Positions 24,479-36,515 of a stretch of DNA of 64,000 nucleotides are shown here, one piece after another. A program made the position numbers and the translations under genes. The DNA comes from Eledone cirrhosa (Eukaryota). Below the pieces are notes generated by a model. The model was not told the origin of the DNA, ran no database searches, and saw only the letters and a program-made list of their open reading frames with translations. Location of the stretch: contig OZ024756.1 of the NCBI GenBank assembly GCA_964016885.1, forward strand, positions 18,352,001-18,416,000, written 5' to 3'. Every line of letters starts with the position of its first letter. Within the stretch, counting starts at the first letter, position 1.

Positions 24479-26869
24479 TATATATATACACATTTACATA
24501 CATACATAGATACTATATACATGCATGTATACCTAACTACATACAAATACACACATACACACATTTATATATATATAGATATGTACAAGATTTACATCTT
24601 CATAAAGATACAGATATACATCTTTTTACATATATGTATGTTAGATAGAATCTAACCCTGGGAAGTCTCTCTCGCTCTCTCTCAGTCACACCCATATGAT
24701 GTCTATCTTTCTTTTTATCACACATACACACACTAACACGGCATACACATATACACAATACAGTGGGGAGAGAGAGAGGTAGGGAGTGAGAATGATAGTG
24801 AGAGAGAGAAAATGAGAGAGAAAGGAAGACAGAGAAAGAGAGAGAGATGTGGGGAGAGAGAAAGGAGAGGGAGAGAGAAAGGAAGAAGGAAAGAGTGAGA
24901 GAGAGAGGGAAAAGAAGAGAGGAGATTCGAGATGCCCCCCCCCCACACACACACACATCAGAGAACGCTACCCAACACCGCCATGGCCTGCATTAGTGAG
25001 GGTTGTGATACTATGACACTATTAAGTTATTTTTCTCTCTCATATTTTCTCTCTTTTTCAAAGATAAATTATTATTGCAACACAAACGCCATTAATTCTC
25101 AAAATGGAAATTTGCAAAACCATAACAAAATCTGCTACTTTATTTATCGACTTTAGAGGAGATTGTGGTTTGTGGGAAAACTAGCTACTGTTTCCAGCTT
25201 GTCAAGATACCACAGACATTTTCTCTGTTGTTAGTAGTAGTAGTACTAGTAGCAGCAGTAGATGTAGTGTTAGCAGTTGTAGTAGTATTGGTAGTAGTGG
25301 TTGTAGTTCTCCAGCAGTAATAGTTGTAGTATTAGTAGTATTAGTAGTAGTGTTAGTAGTAGTGGTGGTAGTAGTAACAGTAGTAGTTATAAATATGACT
25401 ACGGATAATGTTATCAAAATCAGTAGTAGTAGCAGTAATGGTAGTAGTTGCAGTATTAGCACCAGTAGTAGTAATAATAGTGGTAGTAGTAGTAGTAGCA
25501 GTAGGTATAAATATGGTATAAACTACGGATAATCTTATCAAAATCAGTGCAACTGAAACTATTGATATGCTTAATGCTATGTTATAGCAAGTTTTACAAT
25601 CAGTGAAGAAGGCTTTGTCCCATAGTGATCACAATAAGCGACTGCTTCCATTGTATTACCTACTATTATCACGTAAAGCCATCATATCTGACACATATCC
25701 TCCCCTCTCTCTTTCTTTCTCTCTTGTCTCTAACATATCTTCCCTCTCTCTTTCTCTAACATATCTTCCCTCTCTCTCTAACATATCCTCCCTCCCTCTC
25801 TTTTTCTTTCTCTCTAACATGTCTTCCCTCTCTCTTTATTTCTCTGGGTACACACATATACACCGATATACATACAAATATTCGCCCATACACGCATACA
25901 CATCTACACCGACACACATGCAGGCATTCACACTCATACACATACAGGCATTCACACTCATACACATACACCGTCAGTCAAACATGCAGACATTCACGCA
26001 CGCACACACACGTACACGTAAATACACATACAATTATACATACACACACCGACACACATACACAGACACATACAATTATATATGCACCGTAATCACATAC
26101 AATTACACATGAACAGGCACACACACACACACAATTATGCATGCATTCACAGACACATACAATTACACGTGTCACATGCACACACTCACGTATACAATTA
26201 CATATGCACACGCACACTCACAGCCACAAATACACAATTTTACACGCACACGCAATTATACATACACACACACACACACACCACAAGAAATTCGGGGCAC
26301 ACAGCTATACTATTACTGACCGACTCCATCTTTCCTTTCACGCTCAGCAGCAGATCCTTCATTTTCTTTCTCCTTTCTTTTCCTTTCGTGATAAAGAATT
26401 ATTATGCATCTACCATCATTTCATTTACCTGAACGTCTTACATTCATCTCTCTCTCTCTCTCTCTCTCGTGTGTGTATGTATGCACATATATATGAATAA
26501 AAAAAATCCATTACATTCAGTCTTAATTCATATTATATACACACACACACACTTATATATACATGCATATATCCATACATATATGCATTCATATATACAC
26601 ATGTACATACACACACATACGTACATGCACTCATACATACACACACACATTCATATACACATACAAACATACATATCCGAGAAGCTGGGCTTCACAGAAC
26701 CAGAAAGACCACGACTAGTTAGGAAGTTACAAATACAATCCATTGATGGAACTGTAAAAATATGTAAAACATTCCAAAAATTCTGCATGTAATAACTGTA
26801 TATACACATCTACAAATACAAAACATATGCACATACACACATATAACTCAAAACAAACACATCCACACA

Positions 26870-27420
26870 TGGTTATTCCAGCATCTTAGTCTCGCTATCA
26901 CCTGGTCTTACCGTCGTATCGGGTGATGGATGCTCACCACGAGGGTGCTTGGTTATTACAGCAACTTAGACTCGCTATCACCTGGTCTTACCGTCGTATC
27001 GGGTGATGGATGCTCACCACGAGGGTGCTTGGTTATTACAGCAACTTAGACTCGCTATCACCTGGTCTTACCGTCGTATCGGGTGATGGGTGCTCACCAC
27101 GAGGGTGCTTGGTTATTACAGCAACTTAGACTCGCTATCACCTGGTCTTACCGATGTATCGGGTGATGCTCACCTCGAGGGTGCTTGGTTATTCCGGGAA
27201 CTTAGTCTCGCTATCACCTCGCCTTACCGAAGTATTAGGTGATATCCGAGGGGGCGCCTGATTATTCAAACGTCAGACTCGCCATCACCTCTTCTTTTAT
27301 TGAGGTATCAGGTAATGCTCCTCGTGGAGGCGCTTGGTTATTCAAGTGTCTTAGTCTTGCCGGTATATCAGGTAACTCCCGCGAGGTTGCTTGATTTCCA
27401 GTGTCTTAGTCACTCTACCA
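26870..27420. repeat. 80-bp minisatellite: about 3.5 near-identical units, then decaying units
   Basis: ctcgctatca at 26891, 26971, 27051, 27131 and 27207. Confidence 0.92.
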
Positions 27421-27879
27421 CCCATCTCAATGCTGCCTGTGTTGGCTCGCCTAAAAAAAAATCATTCAAGTGGAATTCCATTGCCGTTTGTTGTGGCGTG
27501 TAATTGTGTCTTCACCACCTAACTTTTTTTTTTAATTATCCCGTTTTTTTCTTCTTTAGTAGTTTATATACGTGTAAGAAAATTACTGTAATCACACACA
27601 CACGTATCATTATCAGAATCGTCACTGTTTAACGTCCGTTTTCCCACTCTAGCATGGGTTAGATGTGTTGTCGCATTTGAGACAAGTCAGGTCAAATGAC
27701 CGTGTCCTGCTCATAGAGAACTGTTTCTGGCTTGGTTACTACGGCTGGATGCCCTTCCTAAGGACAAATTTTGTAGTAGGTCCTTGCGCTTGACGAGAGA
27801 GACCAGTTTTAGAACAGTGGTGGCCATAACTCCAGTTACCTAAAGTTGCCCATACATATTAAGTGTATGAACTTTAATA

Positions 27880-28037
27880 CAGTGAAATTCCGTTATAGCG
27901 AAATTTGTGAGGTATAAAAAAAATTCTTTATAACGAGATTGACCTAACACATCGAGCGTGTGGCCGGGGATTGAAAAAATATTCATTATACTGAAAAATT
28001 TGTTATAATGGTATTCGTTACAACGGAATTTTACCTA
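27880..28037. mobile_element. Second copy of the same pogo-type MITE
   Basis: Same TIRs and internal sequence as 6322-6505; TA flanks. Confidence 0.82.
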
Positions 28038-28260
28038 TATAAACATGTATATGTACATTCCCGAGTTGGGTGGGGGTGGAGGGTAACCAAAATTTAAAAA
28101 GGTACTCAATACATTGGTAGAGTACAGTCATCTTTATTATAAATAGAAATGACTTCTAATGATTTCTACACGACTAGAACTGTTTCATCCGTATGAAATC
28201 ATACTTCTCTCTCTTGTCATCAATGCTCGCACGTATTAGAGAAGAAATGGTATGCCTACA

Positions 28261-28695
28261 TACTCTCGGATCCCAAATAATAGGGGATGAGGTGGAATAA
28301 GCGGGGCGGTTGGAAAATCGGTAATTTTTCTAGGTTGTCTCTTGATTTTTTTTTTTTATTAAAAAAAAACAGAATTATCTTCCGCCTGTTGTATGTGGCC
28401 CTATTTGTATGTATTACCCACTTGTGTGTTTTTTCTTTCTTTTTTCTATTCCTTTTTCTTTCTCTTCTTTAATTATTTGTAATGTTATTTATAAAACTCT
28501 TCAGTAAATAAACATTTTAATTCCTTTTTTTTTTTATCTTGTATGTTTTTTTAAATGTATAAAGAAAATAAAAATAAAATTTCGCTGGAGATAGATTAAC
28601 AAAATTTAATAAACGTGGAAGGTGTGGTCGGAAAAAAAATCTGAAAAAATTAGTAAGCTTGGGGGCGGAGGAACGATTATTCGAGACCCCAGTGT
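28261..28695. mobile_element. Probable degenerate MITE
   Basis: Imperfect TIRs tactctcggatcccaaataat / attattcgagaccccagtgt. Confidence 0.4.
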
Positions 28696-29221
28696 TGTAT
28701 ATACAAATCTTGTTCATTTTACCACTGGCATTCATAGTCCTTTCCTCTACTTTCCCATAGAGCCAGATCTGCCATTCTTTACTTCTTCCCCTTTTTCTCA
28801 TTACTTAATTTTGTTTTTATCTTTCTTTTTCATATTTCCATCATTGTATAACTTCTTTTTTTATTTGTAATGTTATTTATATAACTGTGAATAATAAAAC
28901 CCTTTTTTTTACCACTTAATATAGGGGAATACACTGACATAATGGAGAACTAACGAATTTCTATGTTAAATCACGTGATCATCCTCAAACAATCAAATTG
29001 TGTCTCAAAGAAATAGCACTTTGAGCTCTGCTCTTTCCATTAAATCAGAACATGTTCAGACGCCAGCTTCACTTGAAAATCTCGAAACATTGTGAAACTA
29101 GTAAAGTTATTATAAATAAATCTTCCTTAAAGCTCCAAGAGCATTTTCAACTTTTCTTTATATATATGGAGTTGCTCCAACATGGCACCAGCCTGTCAGC
29201 TGGAACATGCAATATATATAC

Positions 29222-29278
<57 letters not shown>

Positions 29279-29306
29279 CACAAACACACATAAATATGTG
29301 TAGGAA

Positions 29307-29758
29307 TCTGTAGATGAAAGATCAAGGAAAACAGTGCTCAGTCTGTTGCGAGAGAGCTTATTTAGTATAAACAACATTTCATACATTTCACATATATGTA
29401 TGACCATTGGTTTCGGGGTCCAGATCCAGTTATGCAAATAATCCACATGCAAAAAGGATGAGGCTTCATCGTCAATCTGAAAGCTGTGATGCAAGGGAAG
29501 AACGATTTTCTAGTCATAGACAGAGGCAAACAGTCTCGGCAAAATGAAAGTGGTTATGCAAGGGAAGAACGACTTTCTAGGCAAAGACAGAGGCAAACAG
29601 AGTCTCGGCAAAATGAAGCCTTTGGTGAGCATCAAGAAAGACATGAACACGATAGATTTCGCCATATAGTTGCAAGAAGAAATGACTTTGAAGAAGAAAG
29701 ACAACAGCGTTTGATTGCTGATGTGTGAAACACAGCAAGGCGCGGGTAATTCGGCTAG
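29307..29758 (+). mobile_element. Non-autonomous Helitron derivative with STPR-like repeat remnant
   Basis: The 3' end is a GC-rich subterminal stretch (gcaaggcgcgggtaattcgg) then CTAG|T; possible 5' A|TC at 29307. ORF 29486..29728 has SRQNES...REERL repeats like Helitron N-termini. Confidence 0.6.
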
Positions 29759-29865
29759 TTAAATATATATCGATTGTTTCTCAATTAAAAAAGCTCCATG
29801 GACATTAGCTCAGACGATATATAAAAAAGGGGTATCAATTGAGAAACAGTATTTTGTATATATAT

Positions 29866-30593
29866 ACAGACGACCTTTGGCGTCACACAGTAATACAGAA
29901 GACCTGACTTCCCACGGGTACAAGCAAAGTGGGATCTCAGGAAGTTTAACTAAGAATGTAGGCTTCACATGTAGCAGCTGTGCTGGGACAGCAAGCAGCA
30001 AACGGCCACAGGAAACAAGCACCACCAAACTCTGGGAGGGCTTTATAGAAACAGCAGACAACTTCTGCTACCTAGCTGACCGAATTAGCAGCGGAGGTGG
30101 ATGTTCGGATAGTACAATAACTAGGGTAAGAACGGGATGGAAGAAGTTCAGGGAGGTACTGCCACTGCTAGCTGCAAAAGGCTTTTCCCTCAAAATGAAA
30201 GGCAGACTGTATGATGCGTGTATACAAACAGCAATGTTACATGGTAGTGAGACCTGGGCGCTGTCTGTAGAAGACTTGCGTAGATTAGAAAGAAATGAAG
30301 CCAGCATGATCCGATGGTTGTGTAATATACGCGAACGGCAAAGCATAAATGAATTGAGAGAGAGATTGAGTATAAGAGGAATCAAATGCTGCGTGCAGCA
30401 GAGGAGAAAAAAGCACCCAGCACTCACTGTAAATGAGGTTGGTATTAGGAAGGGCATCCAGCTGTAGAAATCAAGCCAGAATCAGTTCCCGTATGAGCAA
30501 GCCAAGGTCAGCTGACAGGACAATGCCCACAACAGGACAACCCGTCTAACCCATGCTAGCGTGGAAGAACGGACGTAAAACAGTGATGATGAT
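29866..30593 (+). mobile_element. Diverged RTE-PHD fragment joined to a SINE-type 3' end
   Basis: ORF 29877..30467 (CSSC...FCYL...GWKKFRE...LHGSETW) switches at about 30405 to aaaagcacccag...ggaagggcatccagctgtagaaa...ggacgtaaaacagtgatgatgat. Confidence 0.8.
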
Positions 30594-31460
30594 ATACACA
30601 CACAAACTATACGGATAAAATATCTTTTTATTACTTATCTCATTAGCTCTTTTTGATTACCAACTGTAAGGGGTATTCGATACTTCCCCTAGTCTGTCAT
30701 GGATTACTAGCTTTATGCGGAGTTTAAATTGAATAAATAACTATAAAAGCATCAAAATTTGTTTTCACTCTCAAAAGCATCATTATGTTGGAAGGGAGAT
30801 AATTCATATCCTCTGCCAAAGCCGACTGACAGACTTATATATCATTCAAGTGTATTTGTTGTCGTTCTTGTTATTTAGCTTCAGTTTCTACTTGATAAAA
30901 TACCTTCCAGCTTTGATCATACACTTGCAACTTGATCGTGTGTATCTATATTAAAATACCTTCCAGCCGTGACCATTCTGTTGTTTTTGCTATATGTTCC
31001 CCACCTCTTTTAAAACTGTACGTTGTGATTTGGTAGGGATTTCACTATTAGTTTTAGCCGGTTGAGAGACCACGTAGAAGCGCCTTGTATTAAGAAGGTA
31101 TAGGCGGTGAATTGTCAGAGTCGTGAGAACGTCAGGTAGAATGTTTTGCGGTATTTGTTTCGGATCTTTGCATTTTCTGGGCTCAACTTAACCTTTCATC
31201 CTTTCGAGGTCGATAAAAAAGTACTATTCCAGTACTGGGGTTGATTCTTCCTCTATATCTCTTTCTCAATCTTATCTCACTCATTCTAATTTATTTAAAC
31301 ATTAGCAAAATATTTAATATATAAAATCTCACAATGTCATGAAAGGCCATTGCCATTATATAAAAATAATTGAACAGGATCTAATAAAAACAAAACACAC
31401 TATTACAGGGAAAGGAAGAAAATGAAAAAGAGAGAAAAAGAGAGTAACGACAGAAAGTAT

Positions 31461-32530
31461 CTAGCCCACACTGTAGAGTGGTCGTGTAGGTGTCATGACA
31501 AAAAGCACCCAGCCCACACTGTAGAGTGGTCGTGTAGGTGTCATGACAAAAAGCACCCAGCCCACACTGTAGAGTGGTCGTGTAGGTGTCATGACAAAAA
31601 GCACCCAGCCCACACTGTAAAGTGGTCGTGTAGGAGTCATGACAAAAAGCACCCAGTCCACATTGTAGAGTGGTCGTCTAGGTGTCATGACAAAAAGCAC
31701 CCAGCCCACATTGTAGAGTGGTCGTATAGTTGTCATGACAAAAAGCACCCAGCCCACACTGTAGAGTGGTCGTATAGGTGTCATGACAAAAAGCACCCAG
31801 CCCACACTGTAAAGTGGTCGTGTAGGTGTCATGACAAAAAGCACCCAGCCCACATTGTAGAGTGGTTGTATAGTTGTCATGACAAAAAGCACCCAGCCCA
31901 CACTGTAGAGTGGTCGTATAGGTGTCATGACAAAAAGCACCCAGCCCACATTGTAAAGTGGTCGTATAGGTGTCATGACAAAAAGCACCCAGCCCACATT
32001 GTAGAGTGGTCGTATAGGTGTCATGACAAAAAGCACCCAGCCCACATTGTAGAGTGGTCGTATAGTTGTCATGACAAAAAGCACCCAGCCCACACTGTAA
32101 AGTGGTCGTGTAGGTGTCATGACAAAAAGCACCCAGCCCACACTGTAGAGTGGTCGTATAGGTGTCATGACAAAAAGCACCCAGCCCACACTGTAGAGTG
32201 GTCGTATAGGTGTCATGACAAAAAGCACCCAGCCCACACTGTAGAGTGGTCGTATAGGTGTCATGACAAAAAGCACCCAGCCCACACTGTAAAGTGGTCG
32301 TGTAGGTGTCATGACAAAAAGCACCCAGCGCACACTGTAGAGTGGTCGTATAGGTGTCATGACAAAAAGCACCCAGCCCACACTGTAGAGTGGTCGTGTA
32401 GGTGTCATGACAAAAAGCACCCAGCCCACACTGTAAAGTGGTTGTGTATGTGTCATGACAAAAAGCACCCAGCACACACTGTAAAGTGGTCGTGTAGGTG
32501 TCATGACAAAAAGCACCCAGCGCACACTGT
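31461..32530 (+). repeat. 48-bp tandem array (~22 units) expanded inside a SINE; the normal SINE 3' end follows at 32530-32690
   Basis: Unit gtcatgacaaaaagcacccagcccacactgtagagtggtcgtgtaggt; the last unit runs into gaagggcatccagctgtagaaa...gatgttaaacgatgatgatg. Confidence 0.95.
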
Positions 32531-32739
32531 AAATGTTGTTGGCATTACGAAGGGCATCCAGCTGTAGAAACCAATCCCAAATCAGTTCTGTGTGAGCAAA
32601 ACACGTTCTTCCGACCTGATCTCTCACAAAGGGATAGCCCCTTCTATCCAAGCTAGCGTGGAAAATGGATGTTAAACGATGATGATGACCAATCGGTGGA
32701 AGAAAGGGTGGGCAGAGAGGCAGTCACTCCACCCCAGTC

Positions 32740-33000
32740 TAAGCAGTGTCTCAGCTGTTCCCCACACAGAATGGCCAGAAACACCTGCTGCAGCAACCAC
32801 TCCACCTCATGGGGCTACCTCATCAAGCAGGCCACCGGCTTTCTGACTTTATGGAAGAAATCAGCAATGCGGTGATGAAGGACACCAGAGGTCTTGACAG
32901 AGACTGGTGCAAAGATGAAGTGGTCAGTTAGGCCCCGGTATTTGACTCTCTTCCATGTTGCGGGCAGCAGGGCCTGCGTTTGTGGCCTAACTGACAAGGC
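32740..33000 (-). mobile_element. CRE-like non-LTR element 3' fragment (RLE endonuclease)
   Basis: KRVKYRGLTDHFIFAPVSVKTSG...EWLLQQVFLAIL resembles the K..KY...F.P...ET.G...Q..S.A RLE C-terminus. Confidence 0.65.
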
Positions 33001-33738
33001 TGGAGGCAGAGAACAAATTGCTGCACATCACTTGAAGAAATCTGGTGTGTTCAAACCTGGAAAGGAGATGGGTTTTGCCAGGTTTAAAATGTCCAAGAAA
33101 TGCCATATGTCACTACAACTCCAGTAGGAATTACAGGTATATTTATACAGTAAGACAGTAGAATCAGTGATATTTGTTGTCTTTAACCACCCTACCCCCA
33201 CCTCTTCCCTTATATTTCTGGTTTATATGCTTTTGTTTGTGTTTTAAGCAGACATTTCTTTGGATTCCTTCCTGCATTTGAAACAAGCCATTACAATTCT
33301 GCAAGGATTAGGTTTAATTTGTTTAGATTTAGGTTTAGGATTGGGTGGTTAGAGTTAGTTTGGTTTGGAGTTAGGACAAGACTGGATTAAATCCTTTTAA
33401 AGCCCTAAGCACATAAAAGATGATAGTGCTATCCACATATAATGTCTGTTGAAAAGAAAACAAATAAACTTTGAAATATCAAATACATTTGATGCCCGAG
33501 CTTGTGTTTATTTTACTTAATGTTTAATCCAGCATTGGGTTACAGCTGCAGCTATGGTTGGGGTTAGGGATAGGGTTATGTTTCTGCTTCTGAATAGTGA
33601 AACTTTATTCTATGTCCTCAATACTACTGAGAATTGGCTTCAGGAGGGATATTTCCCATTTGCTTAGCACCTAGGCAGACTACAGCAGGATCAAATATTG
33701 CAAGATGTCCCTGCAAGGTAGCCCATCCAATGCTTTAA

Positions 33739-33917
33739 CCCTTTAGCATTTACTCTATGTATACTATTGTATTTTTGAGTTAAAGGCTTTATCTCACATA
33801 ATATTGAATATTTGAGATTTTGATGTTTATTTTGAGAACAATACCTTAACATCACTATGAGTAGCCAGTTGTAGCTGGTTTGAACAGAAATAGGTGGGAA
33901 TTTTAAATGGTAAAGGG
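33739..33917. mobile_element. piggyBac-type MITE
   Basis: TTAA|ccctttagcattta ... taaatggtaaaggg|TTAA. Confidence 0.82.
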
Positions 33918-34119
33918 TTAATCATTCAACCAACCCATTGCACTACACTGGTTCTTTTTATTGACTCTGGAAGGGCTGAATGAATATGATCACAAATACA
34001 TACAATTGTCTAAAATGGATGTTCCTCCAAAGGGTCTTTGGAGTAACATTACTCAGTAGGGTGTGTAGCTCAAAGACTGTAGAGTCACTACTTCTCCAAA
34101 TTGAGAGATTACAGCGCTG

Positions 34120-34350
34120 ATACTATGGGCATGTGGTTAGAATGTCTCAGGAAAGAATGGTTGGACTGATTTTTACGGACAAAACCAACTGGCAGGAGAC
34201 CCAGGTGTTGACCCCGAGTAAGATGGATAACATCCATGAGCTCAGTTGGTCTCGCTTGGGATTCAGCTAGATCAATTGTTGGTGGTTGCTTCTGATAGTC
34301 TCTGAAGACTCTACCTTCACAAGAATAAGTGAGTGAAGAAGAAGAAAGAT
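34120..34350 (+). mobile_element. RTE-clade LINE 3' relic
   Basis: Translates as YGHVVRMSQER...PTGRRPR..PRVRW. Confidence 0.65.
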
Positions 34351-35463
34351 GAAAGGTAAGTTTACCTTGGTGAGATTTGAACCTCAAAACACAAAAGCTA
34401 GACGAAATACTTCAAGGAATCCTATCTGATGCACTAACAACGCTGTCAGGCCACTACCCTAGACAAGTACTTTATTTAACTTTGGAAGGATGAAGGGCTC
34501 AACAGGATTTGAACTCAGAATTCAAGGAACCGCTATAGAACCCAAGCTACTTTATTACTTCTGCCTTTTAATGGACCTGTTAATTTGTCTATCTGTACGA
34601 GACACGGTCTCCCGATCAATCTTGCCTCAAGTGAGACAAAACCATTCACCCATGCTAGCATGATGATGATGATGATACCAAACTACTTGAAAATATCTTA
34701 GGTTCTACAATATGAAGTTGTTCATTTTAAAAAGTTTATATTTATCTGAAAAAACCTTCCATCATAATTTTATTTAGAAACCATTGTTAAATTATGTTCC
34801 AAACACCATTTTAATAATGAGAAAGTTATTACTATATCCCTCGAAATTCTTGATTATTCTAAAAATTACTTAAAATCATAGGCAGTGTCTTTCATTAGAA
34901 ATGTAGTAATGAAAAATTTATATTTATCAAAAAACCTTTCATCGTAATTTTATATTAGAACCTTTGTTAAGTTATATATTCCAAACACCATTTTAATAAT
35001 GAGAAAGTTATATTACTATATCCCTCAAAATTCCTGATTATTTTCGAAATTACTTGAAAATAATGAACTGTGTCTTTCATTAGAAATATGGTAAAAGAAA
35101 AGTTAATGCCATAAAATCAGAGTTAAGCTGTGGTAGTGAAGGGTCAGGATCTCTTAGGAGATAATTCCTTTACTTTTAACCCTTTAGCATTTAAACCGGT
35201 TCTATCCAAAATTCTCTTTCCTCTTTCTGTTCAAACTGGCCATAACTAGCCACTCATTCTGATGTTAAAGTATTGTTCTCAAACACTACACTCTGTAAAG
35301 TGGTTGGTATTAGGAAGGGCCTCCACTTGTAAACATGTCAAAATATGGAACATATGAGCAATGTGAGGTTACTTGATCCATCTTGTTTCCGTTGTGATGA
35401 CATGACCAACCCATACCAGCCAGAAAAATACAAAAAATGCATAATAATAATAATAATAATAAT

Positions 35464-36515
35464 GACTGGATGCTGACAATGGTTGCAGATCAAGAAAAGA
35501 AGAGCTTACATTTAATCACAAACAAAAGTAGGGAGTTTGCAGAAGAATTGGGAATATATTTTGAAAATGGTGGCAATTCTACAATTAAAAGTTGCAAAGA
35601 ACATCAAAGTGTTGGCAAAACATGAAGGTAAAAGGAAACTATACTAAATAGGAGCAAAAACCACTGTCTGGGAAGTATGTTCTCTGTAGAAATGAACCTG
35701 ATGTAGATCAAACTCTCACCCATCAATGGCTGCTGAATTCTGGTCTAAAATCAGGGAGTGAAGGCTTCATTTTGGCTGCACAATCCGGTGTCTTTCAAAC
35801 CAATGTGATCAGCAATAGAACTGACCCAAAGTGTCGATTCTGTGATGAGCATGTTGACCACCTGGTTTCAGGCTATAAAGTATTAGCTTTCCAGGAATAT
35901 AAAACGAGGCGTGATAGTGGGGCAATATTTATACTGGGTAATGTGCAAGTTTTATGGTATAAAAAGAGGAAAATGGTACAACCATCGCCCAGTTGCAGTA
36001 ACAGGAGGTGAGAATGTGACAATCGTATGGGATTTCCCTGTGAACACTGACATAATAATCAAGGCCAACAGACCTGATATAATTGTGAAGGACTATAAAG
36101 AGAAAACATGCTTCTTAATTAATATGAGCATTTCATCAGATCGTAACATCTCCTTGAAAGAGTTCTGAAAGCTCAGTGATCTGACAATTAAAATTGAGAA
36201 AATGGGGCATCTTAAGGCCTGTGCAACAGCAGTGATAGTCAGTGTACTTGGAATAATAAAAAATGGAACTGAAAAATATTTGGACTAGATACCTGCAAGA
36301 GACAGAAAATAGTGCTGACTAGCACTGTCTATGTTCTGAGAAGAGCATGATCAATTTAAATACCTCGCAAAGACATTTACTGTTGTTTGTGCTCTTATGG
36401 TACCATTTGTATCACAATTGATTGTAAAATGTGTGTATTATCAAATTTTGCCTCAGGTGTCAGGTTGACACTTGGCAAGATTTGGGGAAAGAAGCAGAAT
36501 TCAAAGGAAGTTTCA
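35464..36515 (+). mobile_element. R4/Dong-clade non-LTR retrotransposon 3' fragment (CCHC knuckle and restriction-like endonuclease)
   Basis: Broken ORFs give CRFC...DHLVSG, VGQYLYW..C, WY.H.P and IVWDFPV.TD..IKANRPDII. (TAA)n flanks both ends, which is the known Dong target. Confidence 0.85.

Noticed and set aside
31461-32530. CRISPR-like regular array
   Set aside because: Head-to-tail units with no unique spacers, a eukaryotic context and no cas genes.
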